DNA of 64,000 bases from a virus. The notes below the pieces were generated by a model. It did no database searches and was not told the DNA's origin. It was given only the letters and a program-made list of their open reading frames with translations. A program made the position numbers and the translations under genes. Every line of letters starts with the position of its first letter. The stretch's first letter is position 1. Below, piece by piece: positions 16,833 to 26,231 of the stretch. The stretch spans positions 15,622-79,621 of IMG/VR virus record IMGVR_UViG_3300023179_000073. The stretch is one strand, 5' to 3'.

Positions 16833-16904
16833 TTAGGGGCTAACTCCGATGTGTAATTGTATAAGTAATTATACCATTTTTCTTAAATTACACAACAAAA
16901 ATGT

Positions 16905-16937
16905 ATAAAAAAGAGGGTAGAAATTAATCTACCCTCT
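16905..16937 (-). terminator. Rho-independent terminator
   Basis: 10-bp stem AGAGGGTAGA/TCTACCCTCT followed by a T-run. Confidence 0.85.
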
Positions 16938-16952
16938 AATTTTATTTAGAAA

Positions 16953-18569
16953 TTATTTCTTTGCAAGAATTAACTTCTGTAGTGCTTGAATTTGCTTGTT
17001 AATTTGAGCAATTAAAGCAACAATTGCTTTTAATACTTCTGCATTTGAAACTGCACCTGAAGCATCTACTACTGAATAAGATACTACCTTTGCGGAATCA
17101 GTTGCTACGTATGCTGGTAAATCTACAATTAAATTATATGATCCAGCAGTATTACCTACTGTAAATTTAATTGCTCTTGTTCCAGCAGTATCTAACAAAT
17201 CAGCAGATGTTGGAGCAGAAACTGCTGTCAACTGTCCACCTGAAATTGCTACGCCAGCACCAAGAGTTGCTCCACCGTGAACCTTAGCGCCATTAATATC
17301 TGTTGCTGAGATTGTAAGTGTTGCAATTTCTCCAGCCTTGTACTCTTTCTTATCAAGAGTCGCTGTGTACTTATCTACACCACCAGCACATGCTGCTACA
17401 AAATCATTTGAATAGATTGTTGTTGCATCTGAACGAGTGTGTGCAATACGAACTGTTGCTGAACCTGAAGTTGAAGCGCATGTCCATCCACCAGTCTGAA
17501 CTGCAGTAGCAGAAGAAGCACCACCTACAGAAACAGCAGTAACTTGAGAAGTATACTTTGTGGTATCAGCAGTTGGAGTAACTCCAGCCAATTGATTTCC
17601 AGCAGCATCCTTAACTACAAAGTCATAAGTTCCTGTACGTGCTCCACCTGATTGTGCAATATCTACTCCAGTTACTAGAATTGACTCTGCACGACCTGTA
17701 AATGTAATATTTTTAGTTGCAAGAACTGTTCCATTAAATGTAATTGTAACTGTTGTGCTTACTGGCTTGTTTTCATTTGCAGTTCCTTGAACTACATATA
17801 AAACTCCAGCAACACCAGTTTTGGCTGCTGCATTTACCTGTGTGCTTGGAGCAGCATCAAATGCCACTACTGCGCCACCAGTTGCGCTTGCCTGAATTAC
17901 ACCGTTGGTTGATAATTGTGCTGCATAAGCATCCATTGCACGAATGTTAATGTAGCCTGTGTTGCCATTAGTGACAGTTGTTGAACCAGCAACATCTACG
18001 CTAGATGTTAGAGTTCCTTGTGTTGATGTATCTTGTACACGAACATAGGAGTCTGCTACAGACAATACATTTGTCTTTGCAGTTGTTCCTGCGTAGATTG
18101 TTTTAATATCAATTGTAGAAGTGGTTGATCCAACCTTCTTCTTTTGAGTTACAGTTACAGTTCCTGCAGCATTAACAGTTAATTTAACATTTGTTGGTAA
18201 GTTTACTGCTGCTGTTGTAGTTGCTGTAAATGTAAATAACTTACCTAAACTGGTAAGTGTAACCCCTGTAGGGTTTGATCCTGCTGCTGTGTAATCAGTA
18301 AATGATGCAGGTCCAGAAATTTCCAATGTAACATTGTCATCTGCTGTTGCAGCCAAAGCCTCGCTTGTAGTTAATACAACAACTGCATTAACTCCAGCCT
18401 CTGCCTTAGTTGTGTCTGCTAATACTGTTACACCACGAGCACCATTAGCAAGACTATCAGATAATACATATCCGTTAGACACTGCTGCTTGCGCTTGTGG
18501 AATAGCAACAAAGAATGTGCTTGCTACTGCTGCAGCGGTAACAAGTGCGATCCTCTTTAATGAATTCAT
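16953..18569 (-). CDS. Secreted Ala/Thr/Val-rich S-layer-like / Ig-like surface protein
   Basis: Signal peptide ending AQA; beta-rich repeats such as LDKKEYKAGEIATLTISATD; amphipathic C-terminal helix NAEVLKAIVALIAQINKQIQALQKLI; SD AAGGAG. Confidence 0.75.
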   Translation of the reverse strand: MNSLKRIALVTAAAVASTFFVAIPQAQAAVSNGYVLSDSLANGARGVTVLADTTKAEAGVNAVVVLTTSEALAATADDNVTLEISGPASFTDYTAAGSNPTGVTLTSLGKLFTFTATTTAAVNLPTNVKLTVNAAGTVTVTQKKKVGSTTSTIDIKTIYAGTTAKTNVLSVADSYVRVQDTSTQGTLTSSVDVAGSTTVTNGNTGYINIRAMDAYAAQLSTNGVIQASATGGAVVAFDAAPSTQVNAAAKTGVAGVLYVVQGTANENKPVSTTVTITFNGTVLATKNITFTGRAESILVTGVDIAQSGGARTGTYDFVVKDAAGNQLAGVTPTADTTKYTSQVTAVSVGGASSATAVQTGGWTCASTSGSATVRIAHTRSDATTIYSNDFVAACAGGVDKYTATLDKKEYKAGEIATLTISATDINGAKVHGGATLGAGVAISGGQLTAVSAPTSADLLDTAGTRAIKFTVGNTAGSYNLIVDLPAYVATDSAKVVSYSVVDASGAVSNAEVLKAIVALIAQINKQIQALQKLILAKK

Positions 18570-18585
18570 TTTTCTCCTTGTTTGT

Positions 18586-20370
18586 TTATATTATGTTTAA
18601 TCTATCAAGAAAATCTCTAACATCGTCAGGCATTTTCCTGTTGTCTAATTCTACCATAGCCTTCTGCTTCTCTGCAAGTCGTGTAGAGGTAGACCAAGTA
18701 TGAATCTCAATCTCATGGTTAGAATCTTTTGGTGTATGTGATATTGCTCCAAAAACAGCGCCACATACAGCGTCTGCTAAGTCTTTAGATTTTTTACGTG
18801 GGTGGTCAACTCGTGTATTTTTCATAATTTTTAATTCTGACATTTCTTCTAATAATAATGGAATCATTGGAATTGCGACTCTTTCTTCATATATCATCAT
18901 TGCCAAGTCTTCATAATGTTTTTTAGCAACAGAAACAGTGTCAGTTTTTATTCCTACCGCTTTTAGTTCTTGTTGAATATCAAAAGATTGCCAACGATCA
19001 AATGAAACCATTCCAATATTAAATCCTTGTCTGCGTAAATTAATAATCCATTGTTTTACTTCTGATAAATTAACAGGGCCTTCTGCTTTTGGTTCCCACC
19101 AAGCAACCGCATCTACAATAACCATTGGCGCTACTTGTTCATAATCTTTAATAACTTGAATATTTACCCATTTATCTACGTGGGCAATTGCAACAGCACA
19201 CTTATCATGTTTTTGGGCAAGGTCAGCATGAATATAATAAACCTTGTCTGGATCTGGCTTAAATGATTCATCAAATCTTCTAAAGTTATCAATTGGATTT
19301 CTTAGTATCATGCATTTTTCTAACTTATCTTTTTGTTTAAAAAATGCATCTGATGCAAATGTTGGCATACATGCAAAACGCATCATTGCATCTCCAAGGT
19401 CTGTATAAAATGCTAACTTAAAATCATCTATTTTTCTTGTTGGGTTTACTTCCCATGTTGGTTTTTTAAGTGCCAAGACTTTTGGAACTTTATAAGAAAT
19501 AATAGTATCTTCTTCCCAACTAATCTCAAACTGATTTCCTGAGTCATCGTGTGGCAAACCTTCATTAATTATAAAATTATATTTTTTTTCAATAGTTTCT
19601 TTTTCTGCAATAACATCTTCATATCTTTTTGAAATAAAGTCACCCTGATAACGAGGGAATGAAAGAAGAACAACCTTACCTAAATCTGGAAAACGAGAAT
19701 CTACAGTACCACGAAATGCTTTATAAATATTTTCTGCAGTCTTACCCTGTTCATTGCCAGTTCCAACCTCAGATGCAAAACCAGAAATTTCATCAAGCAC
19801 TGCAAGCAACAAGTTCAAACCTTCATGTGATTCTCTTTCTGAGTGACCAGAATAAACCGTTACTGTTTTATCAAACTCAATTGAGTCTACTTTTGCATTA
19901 TATTTTCCTGCAAACCATGGTGATTTTTCTATTTTAGTTTTAAAGCCTTTAAAGAATACGTTCTTGGCTTGTTGTGCGTTAATGGCTACGTTGATAATAT
20001 CAATTGCATCCCCGCTTGGTTTTCCATAGTATCTAGCAGGATCTTTAAGACATAGCAATTTATATACAATATACGCACAGGCTACTGTTGATACAAAATC
20101 TTTTCCAGATCCCTTGCCTAATTGTAAAATAATTTCATTTTTAGTGTATTTGTCAAAATATTGAGCACCAACAACAGATCCAAATATTTCTTGTAATTCT
20201 TCTTTACGATAAACTTGACTCATCGCCTCCACAATTTCATATTGAATTGCAGATAATGGTGGTTGGCCAAGATAGTCTGCAGATTCAACAAATGTTTTTG
20301 CATCTACTGGAATTTCATCAAATTGATTTTCTTTTAAAACTTCTAGAAAATCATTGAACATCGTGGACAA
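18586..20370 (-). CDS. terL: Terminase large subunit
   Basis: Walker A GKGSGKD, Walker B AVLDE, nuclease HADLA..D, DHPRKKSKDLADAV. Confidence 0.95.
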   Translation of the reverse strand: MSTMFNDFLEVLKENQFDEIPVDAKTFVESADYLGQPPLSAIQYEIVEAMSQVYRKEELQEIFGSVVGAQYFDKYTKNEIILQLGKGSGKDFVSTVACAYIVYKLLCLKDPARYYGKPSGDAIDIINVAINAQQAKNVFFKGFKTKIEKSPWFAGKYNAKVDSIEFDKTVTVYSGHSERESHEGLNLLLAVLDEISGFASEVGTGNEQGKTAENIYKAFRGTVDSRFPDLGKVVLLSFPRYQGDFISKRYEDVIAEKETIEKKYNFIINEGLPHDDSGNQFEISWEEDTIISYKVPKVLALKKPTWEVNPTRKIDDFKLAFYTDLGDAMMRFACMPTFASDAFFKQKDKLEKCMILRNPIDNFRRFDESFKPDPDKVYYIHADLAQKHDKCAVAIAHVDKWVNIQVIKDYEQVAPMVIVDAVAWWEPKAEGPVNLSEVKQWIINLRRQGFNIGMVSFDRWQSFDIQQELKAVGIKTDTVSVAKKHYEDLAMMIYEERVAIPMIPLLLEEMSELKIMKNTRVDHPRKKSKDLADAVCGAVFGAISHTPKDSNHEIEIHTWSTSTRLAEKQKAMVELDNRKMPDDVRDFLDRLNII

Positions 20371-20887
20371 TTGTAATCACTTCTCCCTCTTTGGCAATTT
20401 GAGAAAGACGCTGCATAATTAAATCACGAACCTCTGGATGAGTTGAGGCAATTTCTCTTAATATTTCAACAAGCACTTCTTGTCGTCTTTCAATTTCAAC
20501 CATTTCTTCTGCAAGTTCTTTATTTTCTAATAGCCCTGCTTTTTGTAACATTTCAATTCTAGATTTTTCAATGTCCATAACTAATTTAATTGCTTGAGTT
20601 TTTGCACTAAGATTATTAGTTAAACTTGATTCATCAATAACCTCATAAGCCTTTGTAATAAGTTTGCTGTAATGAGTATCAGCCCCAGCAAGGGCTTCTT
20701 TAGCACGAGCACGAATGGCATCATTAGCAGAAGCCATGACTTTCCACTCATTAATTAATGAAACTACACGAGTACGAGGAATATCTAACTCTTTAGAAAT
20801 TTTTGTTGGATCTTGCCCTTTAAGATATTCTGTAACTACTTTATTGACTTCATCAAGATGTTCAATTAATTCTGTTTCAGTTGACAT
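20351..20887 (-). CDS. terS: Terminase small subunit (HTH + coiled coil)
   Basis: N-terminal HTH PTKISKELDIPRTRV; overlaps the terL start. Confidence 0.75.
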   Translation of the reverse strand: MSTETELIEHLDEVNKVVTEYLKGQDPTKISKELDIPRTRVVSLINEWKVMASANDAIRARAKEALAGADTHYSKLITKAYEVIDESSLTNNLSAKTQAIKLVMDIEKSRIEMLQKAGLLENKELAEEMVEIERRQEVLVEILREIASTHPEVRDLIMQRLSQIAKEGEVITIVHDVQ

Positions 20888-21212
20888 TTTTTTCCTTTGC
20901 TATTTTTAATAAAACTAAATATCCTATTAAATCATCAATGTCATTATCGCCAGGATAATCTGTGCCTTTCATAAGGCGACTTAATTTGTCATCAATTCTT
21001 ACTTTAAGTTGTTCTGCTGGATCTGATTTACTAAAAATTCTTACAGGATCAAGGGCAGAATCGCCATATGCTATGTTTTTATTTATAAGCATTTGTGCTA
21101 TGGAGTGACAAGTTTGCCAAATCTGTCTACCAGATGGTGCACTTATTGAATGAAGATAAAGATCATCACATTTAAAATCTTTAACATCTGAATAAACTGG
21201 TTTTAGTTTCAT
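20877..21212 (-). CDS. DUF1599 / nucleotide-modification-associated domain protein
   Basis: KNIAYGDS, RIDDKLSRL, DLIGYLVL. Confidence 0.75.
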   Translation of the reverse strand: MKLKPVYSDVKDFKCDDLYLHSISAPSGRQIWQTCHSIAQMLINKNIAYGDSALDPVRIFSKSDPAEQLKVRIDDKLSRLMKGTDYPGDNDIDDLIGYLVLLKIAKEKNVN

Positions 21213-21889
21213 TTATATTCCTCTGTTTGCCATGCAATATAATTTGATCCAAAAATTTTCTCTGCTTTGCCTGCTCTATAATGATGAATTGAATCATTGT
21301 GTATTTTTTTTGCATTTTCCCCTGAATAAATAATAAAATTATCTACATTGTAAGACATAATAGTTTTAAAAATTGAATTTGAAAACGTAACATATCCTGT
21401 TTGATATATTGAATAATCTATGACATTATCATATGTTTTGTTATTTTTTTTATTAGTATAATATATATTTTTAATTTCTTTTAATATGTTTTCTAAAAAT
21501 ATATTTTTTTCAGAAGATGCAAAAATCATCTGAGTAAGTCCAAGATTATGTGGTTCTTTTGATACTACAAAGTCTAAATCTAAATCAATCCAAAAATTTA
21601 GGGGTTTTTTACAAAATATATCAAGATCTGCATAAAGTCCACCATTAATATATAAACACATGTATCGCCAAAGTGTTGATCTTAAAACATTTACAGTATA
21701 AGAATTATAAATAGTAAACCATTCTTTACCAAAATTATTTAAAACAAATTCTGCTCTTTCTTTTCCAGATACATACTTGTATTCCCAATCTGGATTTTTT
21801 TCTTGCCAAGAGTTGGCACATTTTAATGCTAATGGTGGCAAATCTTTGTATTCTGATTCATATGTTTGCCAAATAATTTTAGGTATCAT
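21209..21889 (-). CDS. Glycosyltransferase family 32 (DXD, OCH1-like)
   Basis: MIPKIIWQT, W..KNPDWEY, RYMCLYINGGLYADLD. Confidence 0.88.
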   Translation of the reverse strand: MIPKIIWQTYESEYKDLPPLALKCANSWQEKNPDWEYKYVSGKERAEFVLNNFGKEWFTIYNSYTVNVLRSTLWRYMCLYINGGLYADLDIFCKKPLNFWIDLDLDFVVSKEPHNLGLTQMIFASSEKNIFLENILKEIKNIYYTNKKNNKTYDNVIDYSIYQTGYVTFSNSIFKTIMSYNVDNFIIYSGENAKKIHNDSIHHYRAGKAEKIFGSNYIAWQTEEYK

Positions 21890-22041
21890 CTTTTAGATTT
21901 CCTTAGTCCAAATTTTGCAAGGTACACATAAACAGTTTCAACACTGGTACCGCATTCCTTAGCAATTTCTTGTGGAGACTTTTTGTCCATAACAAACCTT
22001 TTACGGAGCCAAGCCTCGCTTGTATACAGTTTAGCAGTCAT
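21886..22041 (-). CDS. Small HTH DNA-binding protein
   Basis: SPQEIAKECGTSVETVYVYL. Confidence 0.8.
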   Translation of the reverse strand: MTAKLYTSEAWLRKRFVMDKKSPQEIAKECGTSVETVYVYLAKFGLRKSKR

Positions 22042-22045
22042 AGTA

Positions 22046-22690
22046 TTATTTGTCAACTTCTCTTTCAGAAATGTCATAGTTAAACCTATCAGAGTCTTCC
22101 AAGGTCCATTTATCTTGATTTTCTACATCCCACTTGTAATCATTAATTATTCTATCAATAACATAGTCCTTTTTTAAAGTAAAAGAAGGTTCATAAATAC
22201 GAACTCTATTGTTTGGCTGTATAGCAAAGTTACCGTCATCTCTTTGTATAACATGGCCACATTTATGTTCCGCTGGATTTTCTGAATAACCATCATCTAA
22301 AACATTAGAATCTGGATTGTGCCAGTCAAGCGTGAACAAATATGTTCCTTTGTTTATAGTTTTTGTTCTGTCAATATATGACATTCTAAGATTTGTAAGG
22401 TTTTCAAATTTAGTCACAGATATGTGATGGCTAAAGGCATTCCATAAAACTAAATTATATAAGTCTACTTCAGGAACTCCAGGCTTTGTACAAAATGCAC
22501 TAATTGGCAATCTCCACCACAGCCCACCATCTTCCATCATTATGTGAAACAAAGGACTTCTGCTTTTTATGCTAGCAACACCAAATATAACACATGGGAA
22601 ATATTTGTCATGACTATCTAATTGATTCCTTAAATAGTTACCACGAACATAGCACTCAATTGGCGGTATATTTGCATTTAATTCTGGCAT
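22046..22690 (-). CDS. Conserved-type phage hypothetical protein
   Basis: 214 aa; LNANIPP, YLFTLDW, EHKCGH, QPNNR. Confidence 0.75.
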   Translation of the reverse strand: MPELNANIPPIECYVRGNYLRNQLDSHDKYFPCVIFGVASIKSRSPLFHIMMEDGGLWWRLPISAFCTKPGVPEVDLYNLVLWNAFSHHISVTKFENLTNLRMSYIDRTKTINKGTYLFTLDWHNPDSNVLDDGYSENPAEHKCGHVIQRDDGNFAIQPNNRVRIYEPSFTLKKDYVIDRIINDYKWDVENQDKWTLEDSDRFNYDISEREVDK

Positions 22691-22692
22691 AA

Positions 22693-23271
22693 TTAATTAT
22701 ATCCTATTGCTTTATCCCAATTATTAATAGCCCAATGGCCGATACCGCAAGCGTCAGCAACGTCATTATCGTCAATAGTTTTATCATAGTTAATTTCAAT
22801 TAGTCTTATCGTCCTTTCTTTTCTAATTTGTCTTTCATAAGATTTATACCAAGAATCTGATTTCCCTGGATTTTTTAATCTAATTTCTACTTGTTCTTCT
22901 TTAGTTAATCTTTTATTTCCCAAATAATTTTGCCAAGTAATTGGTGCCACTGTTCCTATTTGTTTTGTTCCAGTTAATCCCGCTGCCCCCAATAATGCTC
23001 CCTGAACAAGTGCAAGATCAGCAGCAGTCTTAGGACTGTTCATAAATACTGTATGCTCTATTACAATTGCTTCAAAGCCACCAGAGTATTCAAAAAACGC
23101 TTTTGTTTTTGCACAAGCATCCATAACTTTTTTATAATTTGTATTACCTTCAAATTTTATTTTTCCAAATTTTACAAGTTTTTTATTGTCAAAAAGTGCA
23201 AAAGCAAGGCTGGTAGTGCTTGCATCAATTGCACAAATTTTTTTAGGTTCACCATTGTTGTTCATAATCAA
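22693..23271 (-). CDS. ruvC: RuvC-like Holliday junction resolvase
   Basis: AIDAST, IVIE, DDNDVADACGI. Confidence 0.8.
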   Translation of the reverse strand: MIMNNNGEPKKICAIDASTTSLAFALFDNKKLVKFGKIKFEGNTNYKKVMDACAKTKAFFEYSGGFEAIVIEHTVFMNSPKTAADLALVQGALLGAAGLTGTKQIGTVAPITWQNYLGNKRLTKEEQVEIRLKNPGKSDSWYKSYERQIRKERTIRLIEINYDKTIDDNDVADACGIGHWAINNWDKAIGYN

Positions 23272-23542
23272 TGAATCCTTTTATTTGCTTTAACATTTTA
23301 TCTACTTCTTTTTTATTTACATTACAATTAGAACAAAATCCAGAGTCGTTATAAATAGAAAGTTGTTCTCCACAACCTCCAAGACATTTTCTTTTTTTGC
23401 CAATTCTTCTTTGTCTACGAGTTATTTCGTATCTGTCTGCTATTTTTTGTTTAGTGGCAGCGTTTCTACAATCTTCACCACAGTAAATTTGATAACTTAC
23501 TTTTGGTTTAAATAAGGAGTCACATCTTTCACACATTTTCAC
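23249..23542 (-). CDS. Cys-rich Zn-finger protein
   Basis: CERC, YCGEDC, CLGGC, CSNC. Confidence 0.7.
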   Translation of the reverse strand: MKMCERCDSLFKPKVSYQIYCGEDCRNAATKQKIADRYEITRRQRRIGKKRKCLGGCGEQLSIYNDSGFCSNCNVNKKEVDKMLKQIKGFIDYEQQW

Positions 23543-23547
23543 ATTGA

Positions 23548-24408
23548 CTAATCCAGTTCATCCTTTAATAATTTCATTGGTTTAATTTTAATTGTTCCGT
23601 CTCCTGCTTCAGCACATGCTTTTTGAATTGGGCATACCTTACAAATTTTTGAATTTGAGCGATAAGGAATTTCTGGCAATTGTTTGTCTTGCCAGTTTTT
23701 GTAAACTATCTTCATCCATTCAAATACTTCTTCCGCCCAAGCACGATAATGTTCATTTAATACAACTGGTAAAGTAAGAAGTTCATGAGTGTTTTTATTT
23801 TCATAAATCATAACACCCTTACGCATTTTCCAAACCTTCATATACATTAGTAATTGCATTAAATGAGACATTTTAGGTCTTCTATTTATTTTCCTGTATT
23901 CAAATTCTTCATTTTTTATTGTTTTAATTTCACCAACAAGTCTTTCACCCTTATAGTCAATCATGACATCTCCATACCCGTCAAAAGGTGGATCATCAGT
24001 TTTAACTCTAAACTCCATTGCTGGATGAGTTTGTTTATTATATTTTCTTGGCTCTGGATCAAACTCTAAATCTTGTGCAAGTAAGCCAGAGGCCTCTATT
24101 GCTTCTTGAATTCTTCCATGTCCTAGACTTCCTTGTGTTCTATTTGCTACACCAATTGCATCTGAATTATCATAAAATATTTGACCATCAAACGCTAAGT
24201 GCCAATATCTTGGACATTCGCCTGCACCATAAGTTAAACCAGATGCTGAAAAGTTATTCTTTTTTTGAAACTTTGGCTTTGTTTGTACAAGATAACCAGC
24301 ATTTATAGCAGTTGGCAAACCTTCAACAAATTTTTCATCTTCTTCACTATTTGTTTTTTTCTTTTTAGTACTTTTGGTCATAATCTGTTCTAATAAGTTT
24401 TTAGCCAT
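23548..24408 (-). CDS. Cas4-like PD-(D/E)XK exonuclease
   Basis: CPR, GYGD, EIKT, QLLMYM and C-terminal CKVCPIQKAC Fe-S cysteines. Confidence 0.88.
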   Translation of the reverse strand: MAKNLLEQIMTKSTKKKKTNSEEDEKFVEGLPTAINAGYLVQTKPKFQKKNNFSASGLTYGAGECPRYWHLAFDGQIFYDNSDAIGVANRTQGSLGHGRIQEAIEASGLLAQDLEFDPEPRKYNKQTHPAMEFRVKTDDPPFDGYGDVMIDYKGERLVGEIKTIKNEEFEYRKINRRPKMSHLMQLLMYMKVWKMRKGVMIYENKNTHELLTLPVVLNEHYRAWAEEVFEWMKIVYKNWQDKQLPEIPYRSNSKICKVCPIQKACAEAGDGTIKIKPMKLLKDELD

Positions 24409-24440
24409 TTTTATCCCTTGTTTATATTAATTATATCAGG

Positions 24441-24755
24441 TTAGCGCATTATGTATTTAAGCGCTGATACCAAATCATTTATTGCCTGTGCTGCTGTAAA
24501 GTATATGTTTTTCTTTGCCCTGTCAGATTTGTCAACATTAGCCATCCATGTTGCCTTAAAAGACATTTTTGCTGCAATAGCCTGTAGTCTTACTATCTCA
24601 AGGCTGGCAGCCTGAAGAGGAATATCTGGCTTTATAATAATCTTTGCAATCATAGTTAAAGCAACTGTTAGTTCTTCATCTTGCATGTAGTCTGCAATTT
24701 CTGTTAAACCATTTACCATATCAAGCGTTGTTTTTTGTGGTCCTGTTTCAGACAT
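24441..24755 (-). CDS. Hypothetical helical protein
   Basis: 104 aa ORF in recombination cluster. Confidence 0.75.
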   Translation of the reverse strand: MSETGPQKTTLDMVNGLTEIADYMQDEELTVALTMIAKIIIKPDIPLQAASLEIVRLQAIAAKMSFKATWMANVDKSDRAKKNIYFTAAQAINDLVSALKYIMR

Positions 24756-25047
24756 TATCGTTTCCTTCTGTTAATTGTTCTAGCATATTCATTTCAATTA
24801 TAGCAAGTCTTACCTTTGTATTACCTTCTCCAAGAATTACTACAATGGCTGGAGACTTATCTTTACCCGCTTGAATAGAATCAGTAACAGCCTTAGCCCA
24901 CACATCTTTATTTAATGTAAAAGATTTATTGGCTTCTTTAAAGTCAACAACAAATCCTCTCCAAGTAGCATCACCTTTTTGAGTATTTCTACCTGAATTT
25001 TTATGTTGCTTTGCACCTATTCTTTTTGATTCATTTTTTTCACTCAT
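24748..25047 (-). CDS. PD-(D/E)XK resolvase-like protein
   Basis: NSGR...KGDA...VDFKE. Confidence 0.7.
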   Translation of the reverse strand: MSEKNESKRIGAKQHKNSGRNTQKGDATWRGFVVDFKEANKSFTLNKDVWAKAVTDSIQAGKDKSPAIVVILGEGNTKVRLAIIEMNMLEQLTEGNDNV

Positions 25048-25225
25048 TTATAAAATCTTTCTTTCTTTTTTTAGGTGGAATTAAACCAACTTTAGAAATA
25101 TGTTTTTGTGTACACATCCATGTTGCATCTCCAGTTTCTTTCCAATATCTTAAAGTTGTTACAATTTCTTGACAAGTTTTACATGGCCACTTCCCAGGAT
25201 ATACAGTAAATTTAGATTCAAGCAT
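25040..25225 (-). CDS. Small Zn-ribbon protein
   Basis: CKTC...WMCTQKH. Confidence 0.7.
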   Translation of the reverse strand: MLESKFTVYPGKWPCKTCQEIVTTLRYWKETGDATWMCTQKHISKVGLIPPKKRKKDFINE

Positions 25226-26231
25226 TAATTATTTTTGCCTTAAGTTGTTCTTGTAAATCTAAATCTTCTTTAACACGATTTATAAAACCATCACGACCTT
25301 GTAATTTTGTTCCGTCATCTAACTGATACCATGCACCAGTTCTGTTAACTAGCCCCATTGACTCTGCTGTATCAACCAAATCTCCTATTGCATCAACACC
25401 AAGATTGTCACCTCTAAAATAAAAATCATACTCACCAGATTGGAAACCTGGAGAAGTTTTAGAAAATTGTAATTCCCAACGAACTTTTCTACCAATTTTT
25501 TCTTCAATTAATTTATCTCCAATTTTAATTTTTCCTTTAATTGCTTGATTTTCTGATTCAGAAGAAAATAATTTAATAACGCAAGAAGAATAAAATTTAG
25601 TAGCCTGACCACCAGAAGGCTGCTGACTAGTGTACATTGCATTAATATTATTTCTTGATTGTGAAATAAGTACAAGTAATGTGGGCTTTACTTTATTATT
25701 AGCATAATTAAGCATTTTCCAAGCATTACTAAAGTCTCTAGATTCTGCACCAATTTGTTTTGTGTTTTCAAGTGCTTTCATCTCATCCGAATCTTTTTCA
25801 AAATATATTGCAGGAAGCATTGAAGTAATTGAGTCAACTACAATAAGATCAACACCAGCATTCATTAGTCCAACACCAACATCCACCATATCACTTATAG
25901 TACGTGCTTGTGAATAAATTAATTTTGTTGGATCTACACCAAGTTGCTTGGCCCAATCTTCTGAATAAGACATTTCAGAATCAATCCATGCACAAACCTT
26001 GCCTTCTTTTTGTGCTAAAGCAATCATTTGTAAACACATAGATGACTTAGCAGATGATTTACTACCCCATATAAGAACTTGTCTGCCATACGGTAATCCA
26101 CCACCTAGGGCACGATTAAGTCCAAAACTTGGAGTTGGTTGATACTCAAAAGTAACTCCTTCTCCTGTTCCAAGACGTTTCCTAATTCTTGGGTCTAATT
26201 GTGATAGTACATCTTCTACATTAACTGACAT
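25218..26231 (-). CDS. recA: RecA/UvsX-like recombinase
   Basis: LGGGLPYGR, GSKSSAKS, WIDSE, IVVDSI, SGGQATKFYSS, GAWY. Confidence 0.93.
   Translation of the reverse strand: MSVNVEDVLSQLDPRIRKRLGTGEGVTFEYQPTPSFGLNRALGGGLPYGRQVLIWGSKSSAKSSMCLQMIALAQKEGKVCAWIDSEMSYSEDWAKQLGVDPTKLIYSQARTISDMVDVGVGLMNAGVDLIVVDSITSMLPAIYFEKDSDEMKALENTKQIGAESRDFSNAWKMLNYANNKVKPTLLVLISQSRNNINAMYTSQQPSGGQATKFYSSCVIKLFSSESENQAIKGKIKIGDKLIEEKIGRKVRWELQFSKTSPGFQSGEYDFYFRGDNLGVDAIGDLVDTAESMGLVNRTGAWYQLDDGTKLQGRDGFINRVKEDLDLQEQLKAKIINA

Noticed and set aside
23548-24408. Cas4-like gene as evidence of a CRISPR system
   Set aside because: No repeat-spacer array or other cas genes seen; solo Cas4-like nucleases are common in phage recombination clusters
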